64,000 nt of DNA, from the NCBI RefSeq assembly GCF_006345805.1, contig NC_043017.1:9610001-9674000 (forward strand), written 5' to 3'. The stretch is from Octopus sinensis. Lineage: Eukaryota. A program made the translations under genes and the position numbers. Shown in pieces: positions 47,769 through 60,229 of this stretch (position 1 is the stretch's first letter; each line of letters begins with the position of its first letter). The notes below the pieces were generated by a model that was not told the origin of the DNA, did no database searches, and saw only the letters and a program-made list of their open reading frames with translations.

Positions 47769-48566
47769 ACACACACACACACACACGCACACACACACAC
47801 ACATATATATATAAGAAATATATATATAATAAATAAAAAAAATGGAGAAAAAAGACAAGAATAAACAACAACGCAAGGATGTGGTACATACAAAGTATTA
47901 ATAAGCTGCTCAGGGAAGAAAAGAAAGGTGATTTTACATTTCAAGCAAAACTCTTCTTCAGAAACAGGAGACTGATAGATAAATAGATAGATATAATGAG
48001 CTTCTTTCAGTTCCTGTCTACCAAATAAATTCATAAGGCTTTGGTTGGCCTGAGGTTATAGTAGAAGACACTTGCCCAAGGTGTACCGCAGAGTTGAATC
48101 GAACCCAGAACCATGTGAGTGGGAAGCAAGCTTCTTACCACACAGCCATGCCTGCGCTTATTTTTTATTCTTTTTTATCTATTTATTTCTTAGATGTGCC
48201 TAATAATTATTTTGTACAAATCTCCAGCGGTTTTTATGTCGGTGATTATTGCACTGTTGTTAAATCCAAGCAAACTTTGACTCTCTTTCTTGGTGGAACT
48301 CCTTCTTTTGTAGAAGTTTGTAAAAATAGTTTTGCTTTCTTTGTTCTTGTGTGTGTGTGTGTGTTGTGGTGATGCTTGGTTGATGGCATAAGGAAAGCTG
48401 GGGGGAATTGTATCTTAAAGAGGTGTTGAATATTTCTTCGTATGATTGTATAGCTGGGAATAGAGTTGGAAACTTTGCTGACGTTGATAACAGTTAAAAT
48501 AGTACACGTGGGAGGCACTTTTGTTAATAAAGTCATCATTTATTCAATCATTTATTTTATGTTAGA

Positions 48567-48960
48567 CTAGCAGTATTGCCTGGCGTTGCTCGGGTTTGTT
48601 TCGACCCTTTAGAATTAGAATTTTTGAAAAGCAAAAATTTTGCATTATGTAGCTTGTTATTCTCTTTCAGTGAACATTTTTCTGGTTGAAATACACCGAA
48701 AAATGGCGACACAGCAGTCAATAAATTGTAAAAAAATAAGGATTTTCATAGAAAAAAAAGCACCTTTTTGATGTAAATAATTTATGGTGTTAACATGGTC
48801 CGATTTGAATTTTTTCTTCTACGGAAGGAAGAGCAAGCCTTCTTCTATTATACTCTCAATTTTGGTCAACTTGTACCGCAGGGTCTTGGAGGAGATAGTG
48901 TTAGTTGAAGGCTACCAAACCTGCCATACACAGACAACTTCAGCTTTATGTATAGAGAGA
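48567..48960 (-). mobile_element. Non-autonomous Helitron (subfamily 2)
   Basis: A|CTAG with hairpin at 48567; GA|T end at 48960. Confidence 0.87.
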
Positions 48961-50210
48961 TTTGTTGAGTAGCATGGCTGTTGAATGAAGTGGACTAAAT
49001 CCAAGTTGAGGTTTGGATAGGAGGATGTCAAGGGTTAGTGATGTCCTTTCTGCGATGTTGTACATAGGAAGAAGAAGAGTCTGCATGATGCTAATTCATC
49101 TGTATTTTATTTAGCTTTACAAATGTTATAATTATGCTCCATTTCCAGTTTCTGGTTTGGGTTTTTTTCTTAACCAAAATCTTCAAAGTGCTTAGGACCT
49201 TTATGGTTATCTCTGCTTTTTATCAAGTTGGATATTTCCAGTATGACATTGGGGTCATATTTTTTTATGTTGTCTCCTATATGGGACATGTTTTTTCCTT
49301 CTTCTTTTTGTCTCTTTTCTTTTACTTTTTCCAGCCATCAGACATCAAACTATGGCCATGCTGGGGCACCACCTTGAAGAATTTTAGCCAAATGAATCAA
49401 CCCCAATACTTATTAAATTTTTTAAAGCCCGTTCCTTTTTTTTATTGGTATCTTTTGCCAAACTGCCAAGTTACAGGGATGTAAACACACCAGCACCTGT
49501 TGTCAAGCAGTGGTGGAGGACAAACATATGCACAAAGACAAACACACACACACACATATACACACAGGCATCTTTGTGAGGGTGTTAAAGTATTGTTGTT
49601 GGGGGTATATAACCCAATGATAACCTGATGGAACAGCTGTAGAAGTCCCTGCCAGATGGCTGCATAGTTAAGATGCTTGCTTGTAAGCAAGTGGTTTTGA
49701 GATTAATTCTACTGCATGATAACTTAGATGGCTCTTCTTATAGCCCTGGGTGGGGATCAATGCCTTATGAGAGAATTTGGTAGACAGAAACATATAACCA
49801 GGAACTAAATGTGTTTAGCGGGTACAAACCCAGGTCTAAAATTTTTTACAAACGAGGTCAATTTTTATTTCTATCTTTATATCAAAACAAACATAGGTAT
49901 AATAATAATAATAATAATAATAGTCATTTCTACTGAAGGCATGAGGCCTGAAATTTGTGGGGAGGGGACCAGTCAATTATATCAACCACAGTGTTTTACT
50001 GTTACTTAATTTATCAACCCTGAAAAGATGAAAGGCAAAGACAACCCCAGCAGAATTTGAACTCAGAACGTGGACAAAATACTGCTAAGCATTTTGCCTA
50101 GTGTGCTAACGATTCTGCCAGCTCGCCACCATGATAATAATAATAGTAATTATTATATTTGTACATCAATGAAGCCAGATATATCCAAAAATGGAAAAAT
50201 TCTGTTTCAG

Positions 50211-50263
50211 ATCAGTCCCAAATCATTTCTAGGCTCATTTGTTTTGGTGATGAAGTTCTTCAG
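50211..50263 (+). other. Candidate 53-nt internal exon
   Basis: TTCTGTTTCAG|ATCAGT...CTTCAG|GTAGAT; open in two frames (DQSQIISRLICFGDEVLQ or ISPKSFLGSFVLVMKFF). Confidence 0.25.
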
Positions 50264-50589
50264 GTAGATATTCAAAGTGCTTTCATTACACAAATTTTTA
50301 TGTACATACATTAGTTAGTGGGGCTTTGAAAAGGGTTTCAAGGAGTAGTGTTCCTGCATTCCTGAGTTACTTTTCCACCACATTTCCAAAAAAAATTGTG
50401 GTAGAGGCCTTGGTCTCAGGACCACTCATGTCTAGAAACTGAGGTGGGAGGTAAGCACGGGCATGCTCCCCATAGAAAATCCAGCTCCAAAAAAGCCTCA
50501 TGATAGCAAAGGAGAATGGGCATTAGCCAGCCCAAAGGTAGGAGTTGTGCAAGCATGACTGGGTGTGAGGGTGGTTGCTATGACATTGA

Positions 50590-50744
50590 GGTAGATCCAG
50601 CTACCCCCATTAACGGGAACAAAACCCCCAATTTTTACATGAATTGTTATCCCATTATCGCCCCAGTTTTCTTTGAGACCCTCTTGGAACTTTCCACTGC
50701 CCCCGGGGGTAGGGGTGCAATACCACCCACTTTGGGAACCACTG
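50590..50744. mobile_element. hAT MITE right end
   Basis: Ends CCCACTTTGGGAACCACTG, a Charlie-like TIR; the left TIR was not found. Confidence 0.6.
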
Positions 50745-50879
50745 ACCTAGTGGCTTTGAGTGTTGTAAAATTAGAGAGCATCATGTGTTGGAGTGTAGCA
50801 GATAAAAATATTCTGCAATAACAATTCCTGGACTGCAATATAAAGAGGCAGTTTATCTTTTAGCAATTCAAGCAGCTAC

Positions 50880-51776
50880 ATAGTCTTTCTCTTTCTCTCT
50901 TTCTTTCTCCTTTTCTCAGACACCCTCTCTCTTTCTCTCTCCCTCAATATTTCTCTCTCACTTACACTCACTCATTCTCTCCCCTCTCTCATTGTCTTTC
51001 TCTTTCTCTCTCTCTCTCTCTCTGTTCTGTCTCCCCTCTTTCTCTCCCACATTCTCCTCTATCTCTCTTTCTTTATCCCTCTCTCTCTTTTTCTTGCTCA
51101 CCCTCTCCTTTGCTCTCTCTTTTTCTTGCTCACCCTCTCCTTTGCTCTCTCTAACTTTCTCTCACTCACACTCACTCACTCTCTTTCTCTCTCTCACTGT
51201 CTCTTTCTCATTCTCTCGCTTTTTCTCTCTCGCCCTCCCCCTTACTGTCTCTCACTTTCTCACTCACTCACTCACTCTTTCTCTCTCACACTGTCCCTCT
51301 CTCTTTCTCACTCACACCCTCTCTTGTTCTTTGTCTTTCTCTGTCTTTCTATCTCCTCTCCCTCTGTCCACCCCCACCGCTCTCTCTTACAATATCTTTG
51401 GTTTTCAAAAGAAAAAAAAACAACCACAAAAAAACAATATGAGTATTCAGATTTTAACCTCATTGCAATGCCCGAGAGTCTGTGAGAGGGAGGCTGAGAG
51501 AGATCGGCCAAGGGAGGAGGAATCAGGAAGATGCTCCTTAGATTAGACGTGAATTTAATGTCAGAGTTCACAGATGAGCAGATTGTAAAAGCTGCATGTC
51601 GGATGGGTGTGTAGGTGTATGTGTGGGTGGGTGTGAGTGTAGGTGTGTGTGTGTGTGGTGTGTGTGTGGGTGTTGTGTGTGTGTGTGTGGGTGTGGGTGT
51701 GGGTGTGGGTGTGTTTGTGTGTGTGGGGGGGTGAGTGTAGGTGTGTGTGTGAGTGTGTGTGTGGGTGTGAGTGTGG

Positions 51777-51823
<47 letters not shown>

Positions 51824-51830
51824 TGTGCAT
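50880..51830. repeat. (CT)n and (TG)n microsatellite fields around a unique island of about 220 bp
   Basis: Directly visible. Confidence 0.9.
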
Positions 51831-52281
51831 ATACTGTAATTAGCTAGAGCAGCAAAGGTTATATCTTAGATTTAAATTATATGTTCCATGTGGCTTCTCC
51901 AACATGTGACTTTCAGTTGAGCTCCACACAATGCCTCAGTAATGTATTCAGCTAACCCATGCTAGCTAGAAAGTCAGACGTAAAACAGACAAACGTGTGT
52001 GCATGTATGTCTTTCATCTTTTACTTGTTTCAGTCGTTAGAGTGTAGCCATGGGGGGCCACCACCATGGAGACTTTGTAGTAGAATTAATCAGCCCCAGT
52101 ACTCGTTCTTTTATTTAAGCCTGGAACTTATTCTATTGGTCTCCTTTGCTGAACCACTAGGTTACAGGGAGATAAATACACCAACACCTGGAAACAAGTC
52201 GTTGGAAAGCAAGTGTCTTGCCCCACAGCCATGCTTATACATACATACATACATTCATACATACATACATACATACATACA

Positions 52282-52317
<36 letters not shown>

Positions 52318-52324
52318 TATATAT

Positions 52325-52361
<37 letters not shown>

Positions 52362-52908
52362 CAGGTAGTAAATAGACACCTTTAATTTTCAAAATCTTTT
52401 ATTTGATATTAATTGGTTGAAAGAGAGGTTTTCTTCTAGCTGCTCGTCCATAATACCCAAGCTTATGCAGATATGTAATACATGTTCTTGGACTCACTTC
52501 TAGCTGTTTTGCAATGTCAGAAGCCTTCGAACGGGGTTCGTTTTCGACAAATCTCTTCAAACATAGAAGCTTCCTTTCCAATGGCCCAGGTCGGCTGGGA
52601 CGAAAATCTGTTGATTCTTTTCCTTGACTTTTGAATTGCACTATAATTCTTATTAACAGTAGCAAGAGGAATTTTGAAGATTTTCAACAATTTTTCACTG
52701 GCTCAGACCAGCCTCAGATTGCCCAACAATACAACCTCTTTGTTGTGCTGAAATTTTGTGCATGGCATGGTTAATCTTCACAAATGTTTAATATAATGGC
52801 ACCTGGAATGAAAAAGAATAATTACATTGTAAATTCTACACCGCTGAAAACATATTAAGATGCTTAGATCAGAAATTTTGAAAATTAAAGATGTCTATTT
52901 ACTTCCTG
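52362..52908 (-). mobile_element. Internally deleted Tc1-type transposon
   Basis: 37-bp inverted repeats (35/37) at 52359-52395 and 52875-52911. ORF 52399-52665 resembles the Tc1 HTH: LKRFVENEPRSKASDIAKQLEVSPRT...LHKLGYYGRAARRKPL. Confidence 0.9.
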
Positions 52909-52934
52909 CATGTCTGTGTATATATTCCTTTTAT

Positions 52935-53169
52935 ATTTCACTTGTTTCAGTCATTTGACTGCGGCCATGCTGGAACACCACCTTTAGTTGAGCAAATTGA
53001 CCCCAGGGCTTATTCTTTGTGAGCCTAGTACTTATTCTATAGGACTCTTTTGTCAAACCGGTAAGTTATGGAGACGTAAACACACCAACACCAGTTGTCA
53101 AGCAATGGTTGGTGGGGGGATAAATACAGACACACAAGCATATACACGCACATACATACATATACATAT

Positions 53170-53230
<61 letters not shown>

Positions 53231-53470
53231 CTTCAGGCTTCTTTCAGTTTCCGTCTACCAAATCCCCTCACGAGGTTTTACAAACACATGCACACATACA
53301 CATACACATGCACATATGACAGGCTTCTTTCAGTTTCTGCCTACCAAGTCCACTCACATGGCTTTGGTCAGCCCAGTGTTATAGAACAAGACACTTACTG
53401 AAGATGCCATGCAACGGGACTGAACCTGGAACCATGTGGTTGAGAAGCAAACTCCTTACCACACAACCAC
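52935..53470 (-). mobile_element. SINE family A (diverged, with an internal duplication)
   Basis: Tail at 52940 and head at about 53465; CTTCTTTCAGTTTC occurs twice. Confidence 0.8.
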
Positions 53471-53617
53471 ACCTAAAGAAAATATACTTCACAAATGTGC
53501 ATGTCTTCCCAGCACATTTTTGTTACCTGTACAAATACAAACAGTAAAGATTTTATTATATGTGTGTAAACACCTGTGTGGGTGGTTTATTTCTTATCCG
53601 TGTCACCTTCTCATGTA

Positions 53618-53955
53618 ATGGGCCATGGCTCAGTGGTTAGAGTCTCAGGCTCACAGTCATGATGTAGTGAGTTCGATTCCCTGACCAGGCTCTGTGTTGT
53701 GTTCTTGAGCAAGACACTTTTATTTCGTGTTGCTCCAATTCACTCAGCTGTAGAAATGAGTTGCGATGTCACTGGTACCAAGCTGTATCGGCCCCTTTGC
53801 CTTTCTCTTCAATAACATTGGTGGCATGGAGAGGGGAGACTGGTATGCATGGCTGACTGTTGGTCTTCCATAAACAACCTTGCCCAGACTTTTGCCTCAG
53901 AGGAGAACATTCTAGGTGTATCCCATGGTCATTCATGATCAAAGGGGGTCTTTAA
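53618..53955 (+). mobile_element. SINE family C, full length
   Basis: TGGCTCAGTGGTTAG A box, GAGTTCGATTCCC B box, GAAGGGGGTCTTT end. Confidence 0.87.
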
Positions 53956-55084
53956 ATGTGTGTGTGTTGCTCATACATTTCAATTTTGGCTTGTTTTTAT
54001 TTTTTATAGGGAAACCTTTCCTTTCAGAAATCTCTTTTTTACAGAATGTACTGGGTGCATTTTATCATAGCACCAGCACTAGGGAGGTTGTCACATCCTC
54101 AGCAAGACTGAAACGTCTTCCAGGTGCTCTTATCTCCACGGCTTTTGCTGACTACCTTGCAGGGTGTACCAGGTGCATATTACCATGGTACTGACTCTAA
54201 TGAGATTGTTTTGTAATCTCAAGAGATTTAGAGAATCTTCTCGACTCAATGATGTGTTTGTTCATTCAAGGTATCATGTTTGTAAAAATGAGTTGAAGTG
54301 AGAGTGATTACAAAGAAGAATGCAGATGAATGGGTGAATGTGAAGGGGGTGGGGGCTGGCAATGGTAGAATGTTTACTGACTGAAGAAAGAGGGTGGTAG
54401 AGAGAATGAGGGATATACAAGTGTGTTTATATATATACAGTAATAAAAAAAAAGAAACATAATTGGTATTTTTAAGATTTATATGATATACACGTGTTTC
54501 TACAAGCTTATTGGCACTGTTAAACAAACCAGTTGGCTCACTTCCTCGAATATATATATACATGTGTGTGTGTGTGTGTATCAAGATATATATAGATAGA
54601 TGCAGGAATGGTTGTGTGGCTATGAAAGTCATTACCCAGCTGCATATTTTCAGAGCACCCTAAGAAAATGTTTTTTACTATAGCCCTGGGTCAACTGAAG
54701 TCTTATTTGTTGTTTTTTGTACACATCATCATCATCATCATCATCATTTAACATCTGCCTTCCATGGGTTCAATGGTTTGAGAGGGGCTAGTAAACCACA
54801 GGACTGCATCAAGCTCCACTGTCTGTCTCTCTGTCTTAGCATGGTTTCAATGGATTGATGCCCTTCCTAATCCTAACCACTTTACAGGGTGGACTGCATG
54901 CTTTTTGTGTGGCACCAGCACTGTCAAGGTCTGTTTTGGCTTGGCTTTTATGGCTGGAGGCCCTTCCAAATGCCACCCAATTCACAGTGTGCACTGGATG
55001 CATTTTTCATGGCACCAGCAATGGCAAGATCACCAAATAACTATATATATAATATATTATATATATATATATATATTTATATAT

Positions 55085-55350
55085 ATAATATATATATATA
55101 TTATATTATATTCAATTAGAGATAAAACCACTATTAGGCAAATCAAACAATGAAAAACATAAGCCAATACATAAAATTAATTAATTTATATTATCTTAAA
55201 TATATATCAAAAATATTAAAAGTTTAATAAAAGATAAGGAGTAAAACACTACGATCGTTTCATGGCTGTACAATTTGTAATAATTCGAGTTATGGTTACA
55301 GTCAATCTTCAGGTTAATTGAAATATTTATCTTAGCGAGGTTTAGCAATA
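55085..55350 (-). mobile_element. Penelope-like element end with a hammerhead-like motif
   Basis: CTGAAGA-TTGACTGTA...TACAGCCAT-GAAA, palindrome ACGATCGT, GUA triplet. Confidence 0.5.
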
Positions 55351-55354
55351 CATA

Positions 55355-55541
55355 GGCACAGACATGGCTATGCGGTAAGAAGCTTGCTTCCCAACCACAT
55401 GGTTCTGGTTTCAGTCCCACTGTGTGGCCCCTTGGACAAGTGTCTTCTACTATAACCTCGGGCTGACCAAAGCCTTGTGAGTGGATTTGGCAGACAGAAA
55501 CTAAAAGAAGCCTGTTGTGTGCATATATATATATATATTAT

Positions 55542-55595
<54 letters not shown>

Positions 55596-55798
55596 ATGTG
55601 TGTGTGTGATTGTGTTTGTACCCCACCCATCGCTTGACGATTGATGCTGATGTGTTTATGTCCCCGTAACTTAGCAATAGAATAAGTATTAGGCTTAAAA
55701 GAAGAATAAGTCCTGGGGTTGATTTCTTCATCTAGAACCCGTTAAGGTGGTGCTCCAGTATGGCCACAGTCAAATGACTGAAACAAGTAAAAGGAAAG
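55355..55798 (+). mobile_element. SINE family A (diverged)
   Basis: Head, CORE-like block, internal (TA)n and tail are all present. Confidence 0.82.
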
Positions 55799-56139
55799 CA
55801 AATGAAATATATATATATTTTTATATACATATATATATATATATATATATAGACAGAGAGAGAGAGAGAGCACTCTGTGTGTGCGTGTATATATATAAGT
55901 GTGTCTGTGTATATATATATGTGTGTGTGTTTAAAGAAAAAGGAAGTGTTGGGTTGAGTAGTCTGGAGTATTATCAACTGGGATTGCTTTTTGGATGAAC
56001 CCTATACCCCATCAAAAGATAAATACGCAAGATAAGTAGAAAGGGTCTGGAAAACGAAGGAAGCAAAATAAAGTAAGACCCTGGGTCTTCCAGACTAAAC
56101 AAAATATGAGATAAGATTAAATATAATATATAACGGATC

Positions 56140-56265
56140 TTATCTTTATTTATGTTTATATGTGTGGCTATATTTATACATACACATCAGCATTTCCTTA
56201 TACATACACACACATATACTGATGTGTATGTGAATATATTTATATATTATATATATATACATGCA

Positions 56266-56318
<53 letters not shown>

Positions 56319-56445
56319 TTAATATATATATTATATATGTATATACTTATATATAATATATATATATGCATTTATATATATACACACACATATACAACCA
56401 TATACGTATATCAATGTGTCTTCTATCTATCTATCTATCTATCTA

Positions 56446-56501
<56 letters not shown>

Positions 56502-56877
56502 CACATATATATATACATACATACATACACACACAGAGTTTATCTCTCTAACCATCAATGAACAAGTGAAAAGCAAAAAGAAAATAAAACTCCTGGAAAG
56601 GAAAATCAAAAACAATAGCAACAAAGCAACAACAAACAAAAAACAAAGATATGTAAAATATAGACACACATACTTCCCCCACCCCCAAAATCTAACACAA
56701 CACCCACCTAAACAACACACCTCCCCTCAAAACGACCATTAAACTCTTGCAAGATCTTCCATTTAAATTAATATTCCTTGTTAATATGACAGTGAGTATA
56801 CATATATACATTATACATACATACATACATATATATATATACATATACATACATATATATATATACATACATATATA

Positions 56878-56917
<40 letters not shown>

Positions 56918-57122
56918 CATACATACATACATACATATATATATACATATATTCATATACATATATATATATATAAATATTGTATGAGTTTGTGTATGTA
57001 TGTGTGTATATATGCACATATATATATATATTATATATTTAATATTAAAAATATATATATATGTGTGTATGTATATTATATATATATATATATAATACTA
57101 AAAGTATATATATATATGTGTG

Positions 57123-57175
<53 letters not shown>

Positions 57176-57200
57176 TTATGTATTTATACACACACACACG
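56140..57200. repeat. (TA)n/(CA)n/(ATCT)n microsatellite field
   Basis: Directly visible. Confidence 0.93.
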
Positions 57201-57359
57201 CACACACACTCTACTCTCTGAAACATACTCATTACTTAAATATGGCAGCCGCCAGTCTTTTCATCTTTTCACTAAACATTATCAATGTAGGAAACACCAA
57301 CAACACAAACCAAAACCCAAAATATAGTGACACACGCCCTAACTGTGAATAATATTTGG

Positions 57360-57885
57360 ATGAATCCCAAACTGCTTCATTCTTCATTCTTCATTCTTTA
57401 TTCTTTATTCTTTATTCTTCTTTTGCTTCATCTGTTTTTTTCTTTCTGTTTTTTTCTTCAGTTTTCTTTTTCTTTTTATTTTCTCTTTTCTTTCTTCTAG
57501 TCTTTTCTGACTTCTGTCTGTTTTCCTTTCTTTTGTTTTCTCTTTCTTTCTTTCTTTCGTTCTTTCTTTCTTTCTTTCTTTCTGTCAGCCTCTCTGTCTC
57601 TGTCTGTCTTTCCTTCCTTTCTTCTTGCCTCCTCCTCTTCCTCTCTTCCTTCTGCACCTCCCCACTCCCCTTTCTTCTTCTTCTTCTTCTTCTTCTTCTT
57701 CTTCTTCTTCATTTTCTTCTTCTTTTTTTTCTTCTTCTTCTTCTTCTTCTTCTTCTTCTTCTTCTTCTTCTTCTTCTTCTTCTTCTTCTTTTCTTCTTCT
57801 TCTTCTTCTTCTTCTCTTCTTCTTCTTCTTTTTCTTCTTCTTTTTCTTCTCTTCTTCTTCTTCTTCTTCTTCTTCTTCTTCTTCT
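57360..57885. repeat. Polypyrimidine tract with a long (CTT)n
   Basis: (CTT)n is nearly continuous over 57672-57885. Confidence 0.95.
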
Positions 57886-58019
57886 AAGCACAAGGCCTGT
57901 AATTTTGAGGGGAGGGGTTCGTAGATACCACAATCCCAAATACTGAGGTCACTGTAATCTACTACTACCACCACTACTACTACTGTCTGTCTCTCTGTCT
58001 GTCTCTCTGTCTCTTTCAA

Positions 58020-58200
58020 TATTGAAAAGGTTGCAAGACACAGCGAAAATTTTAGGACAATAAAAATAAGAAAAATGTGGAAATTTTACCAGTGAGAGTG
58101 TTACATAATAAGGCACAAAAAGAAAATGACTCTCCCCAGACACAACAGAATATGCTTCAACACACGAACCCACATAAAGAATCTTGCAAACCATATCCAA
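58020..58200. mobile_element. Unclassified interspersed repeat X
   Basis: ATTGAAAAGGTTGCAAG...GGCACAAAAAGAAAATGACTCTCCCCAG; its first 120 bp are homologous to 62789-62908. Confidence 0.65.
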
Positions 58201-58254
58201 AAATGAAATATTCTATTATTATAATATTGTAAAATCATAAAAATTATCAATAAT

Positions 58255-58470
58255 GGTTTCAAATCTTATCACAAGGGCAGTAGTATTTTGGGGGAAGGGA
58301 TGAGTCAATTACATCAACCTCCAGTGTTCAACTTTTACTGTATCAATTTTACTGACCCCGAAAGGATGAAAGGCAAAGTCAACCATGGGGAATTTGAACT
58401 CAAAACGTAAAGACAGACAAAAGCATTTTGCCCAGCGTGCTAACAATTCTGCCAGCTTGTTGCCTTCAAT
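58255..58470 (-). mobile_element. SINE family B (diverged)
   Basis: CCCCGAAAGGATGAAAGGCAAAGTCAAC...GAATTTGAACTC. Confidence 0.78.
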
Positions 58471-58509
58471 AATAACAATAATAATTCTACACTTTAACAC
58501 TTCCTTTTT

Positions 58510-59170
58510 TTTTCCTGGCTTTAACCCTCCAATGCAGAGTATAGGCCACTTATAGTTGAATTCCATGACGCATAATTTTTCGCTTCTGTACTTATACTCT
58601 GCCATGAATGTCCCCCTTTCTCTAGTTCCTTCTGTGTTGATCTACGCCATGAGTTCATAGGCCTACCTCTCTTTCTATATCCAACCGGTTTCCACTTTAA
58701 AGCACTTTTCGCTACATTTGGTGTGTCTTTTCTAATTGTGCTACCAATCTACTTCCACTTTTTCTTAAATATTTGCTCCCTAATCAAAACTTCATTTGTT
58801 CTTTGCCATAGCTCCATATTGCTTATGTGTTTGGGCCATCTAATTTTAAGTATACTACACAAGCATCTGTTGAAGAATGATTGTATTTGCTTATTCGACT
58901 TAACTGTTGTTCGCCATGTCTCAGCCCCATACAAATGACACCGCTTTTACGTTAGTGTTAAAAATTCTTATTTTGTTCTTTATCGAAATTACACTTGCGC
59001 TCCATACTTTTTTTTAACAGGTGAAAAGCGGTCTTTGCCTTACTTGTACTCGCCTTAATATCTTCATCGGTGCCACCTGAAAACATTATCTTACTACCTA
59101 AATACGTAAACTCGGCTACATCCTCTACTTCCTAATGTATTGTAAATCATGGGAATTTTGTTATTTTTCC
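58510..59170 (-). mobile_element. RTE-clade LINE ORF2 C-terminal fragment
   Basis: EDVAEFTYLGS...DEDIKAR...YGAETWRTT...IQSFFNRCLCSILKIRWPKHISNMELW...RGRP..SWRR, with stops and frameshifts. Confidence 0.92.
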
Positions 59171-59318
59171 TTGTGTAAGGAAACTCATAGAAAACACACA
59201 GAGATACACACAAAAGCAAAAAAAAAAAAAATTAGGTGGGTGGAGAGAAAAAATATCATTGAAATAAACCTGTTTTAATTTCCACTCCCATTTGTTTGTG
59301 AAATCTTGCTTTTTTCAG

Positions 59319-59333
59319 TCTTTCTGAGGATTG
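59319..59333 (+). other. Candidate 15-nt microexon
   Basis: ATCTTGCTTTTTTCAG|TCTTTCTGAGGATTG|GTAAGA. Confidence 0.45.
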
Positions 59334-59805
59334 GTAAGAATTTAAATCACTGTCTATTTGGGGTTTTTCCATTTTCCTTTCTGTACACCCCATAATTATC
59401 CTCGATATTTTAGATAAGATATACTTCTGGGAGAATCTGTGTTCTTTGCATTGTGCCCTAATCCTTACCTTACCTTTATCACCTCTCCTCCCACCACCAC
59501 CACAGCCATCACCACCAACACCACTGCTACCATCACTACCAGCATGCCATTACTGTTTGTCTAAGTTCACCAATGTTGTGTAAAAACATAAAGTAAAATA
59601 AAATTTGATTGCCCCTTCACCCAAAAGTTTTGCAACGACTTATTTTCATTATTGCAAAGTTGTATAACAATGTCTTCGTTATTATTATTATTATTATTAT
59701 TGCATTGTATTTCTTTTGTATCATAACAATGAAATGATATTGTATAATTACTGATTTGTACTACACACACACACATAGACATATATGTATATATGTATAC
59801 ATACA

Positions 59806-60110
59806 TCTATTATATAAAAGTCAATGTCTTTATGTGTGTTCGTGTGTAACTTAAAGACTCGAAAACTACTGCACCGATCCTGATGAAATTTGGAACACAA
59901 AATTCAAGCCTAGGGAGAAGGATAATGCCGTATGTTTCATACAACTTCATGGACCAAAATTACTGAATGGATCCTTATGGTATTTGGAACTTAGACTCAA
60001 TGCATATGGGCGGGTATAATGCAGTATGTTTCGTTTGAATTTGAGGTGGCTTAAAGGGGGCAGACCCCCCCATCCATGAAAATTCATAAATTTCCCATGT
60101 TGTGCCTGTC
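59806..60110 (+). mobile_element. Non-autonomous Helitron 5' fragment
   Basis: A|TCTATTATATAAAAG start; CCGATCCTGATGAAATTTGGAACAC body, as in related Helitron-type elements. Confidence 0.55.
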
Positions 60111-60229
60111 ATCTGTATGGTGAGGAATCCTACATTGGGAAATGGTAACAACTAGGTTAGTATAGCTGACTGCTATTGTGATCATTTCTCTTTTGATTTC
60201 CTGTAGCTTTGCTCTCTTTTACAAACCCA

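Noticed and set aside
51308-51620. Unique island with protein-like readings on both strands
   Set aside because: Splice signals are weak or conflicting and no family motif is present; a strand cannot be chosen.
53916-54194. 92-aa ORF with acceptor-like sites
   Set aside because: Its middle matches the degenerate RTE-type repeat seen at about 54960-55030.
57356-58019. Poly-E/K/R/L/S ORFs
   Set aside because: They are translations of the (CTT)n tract.
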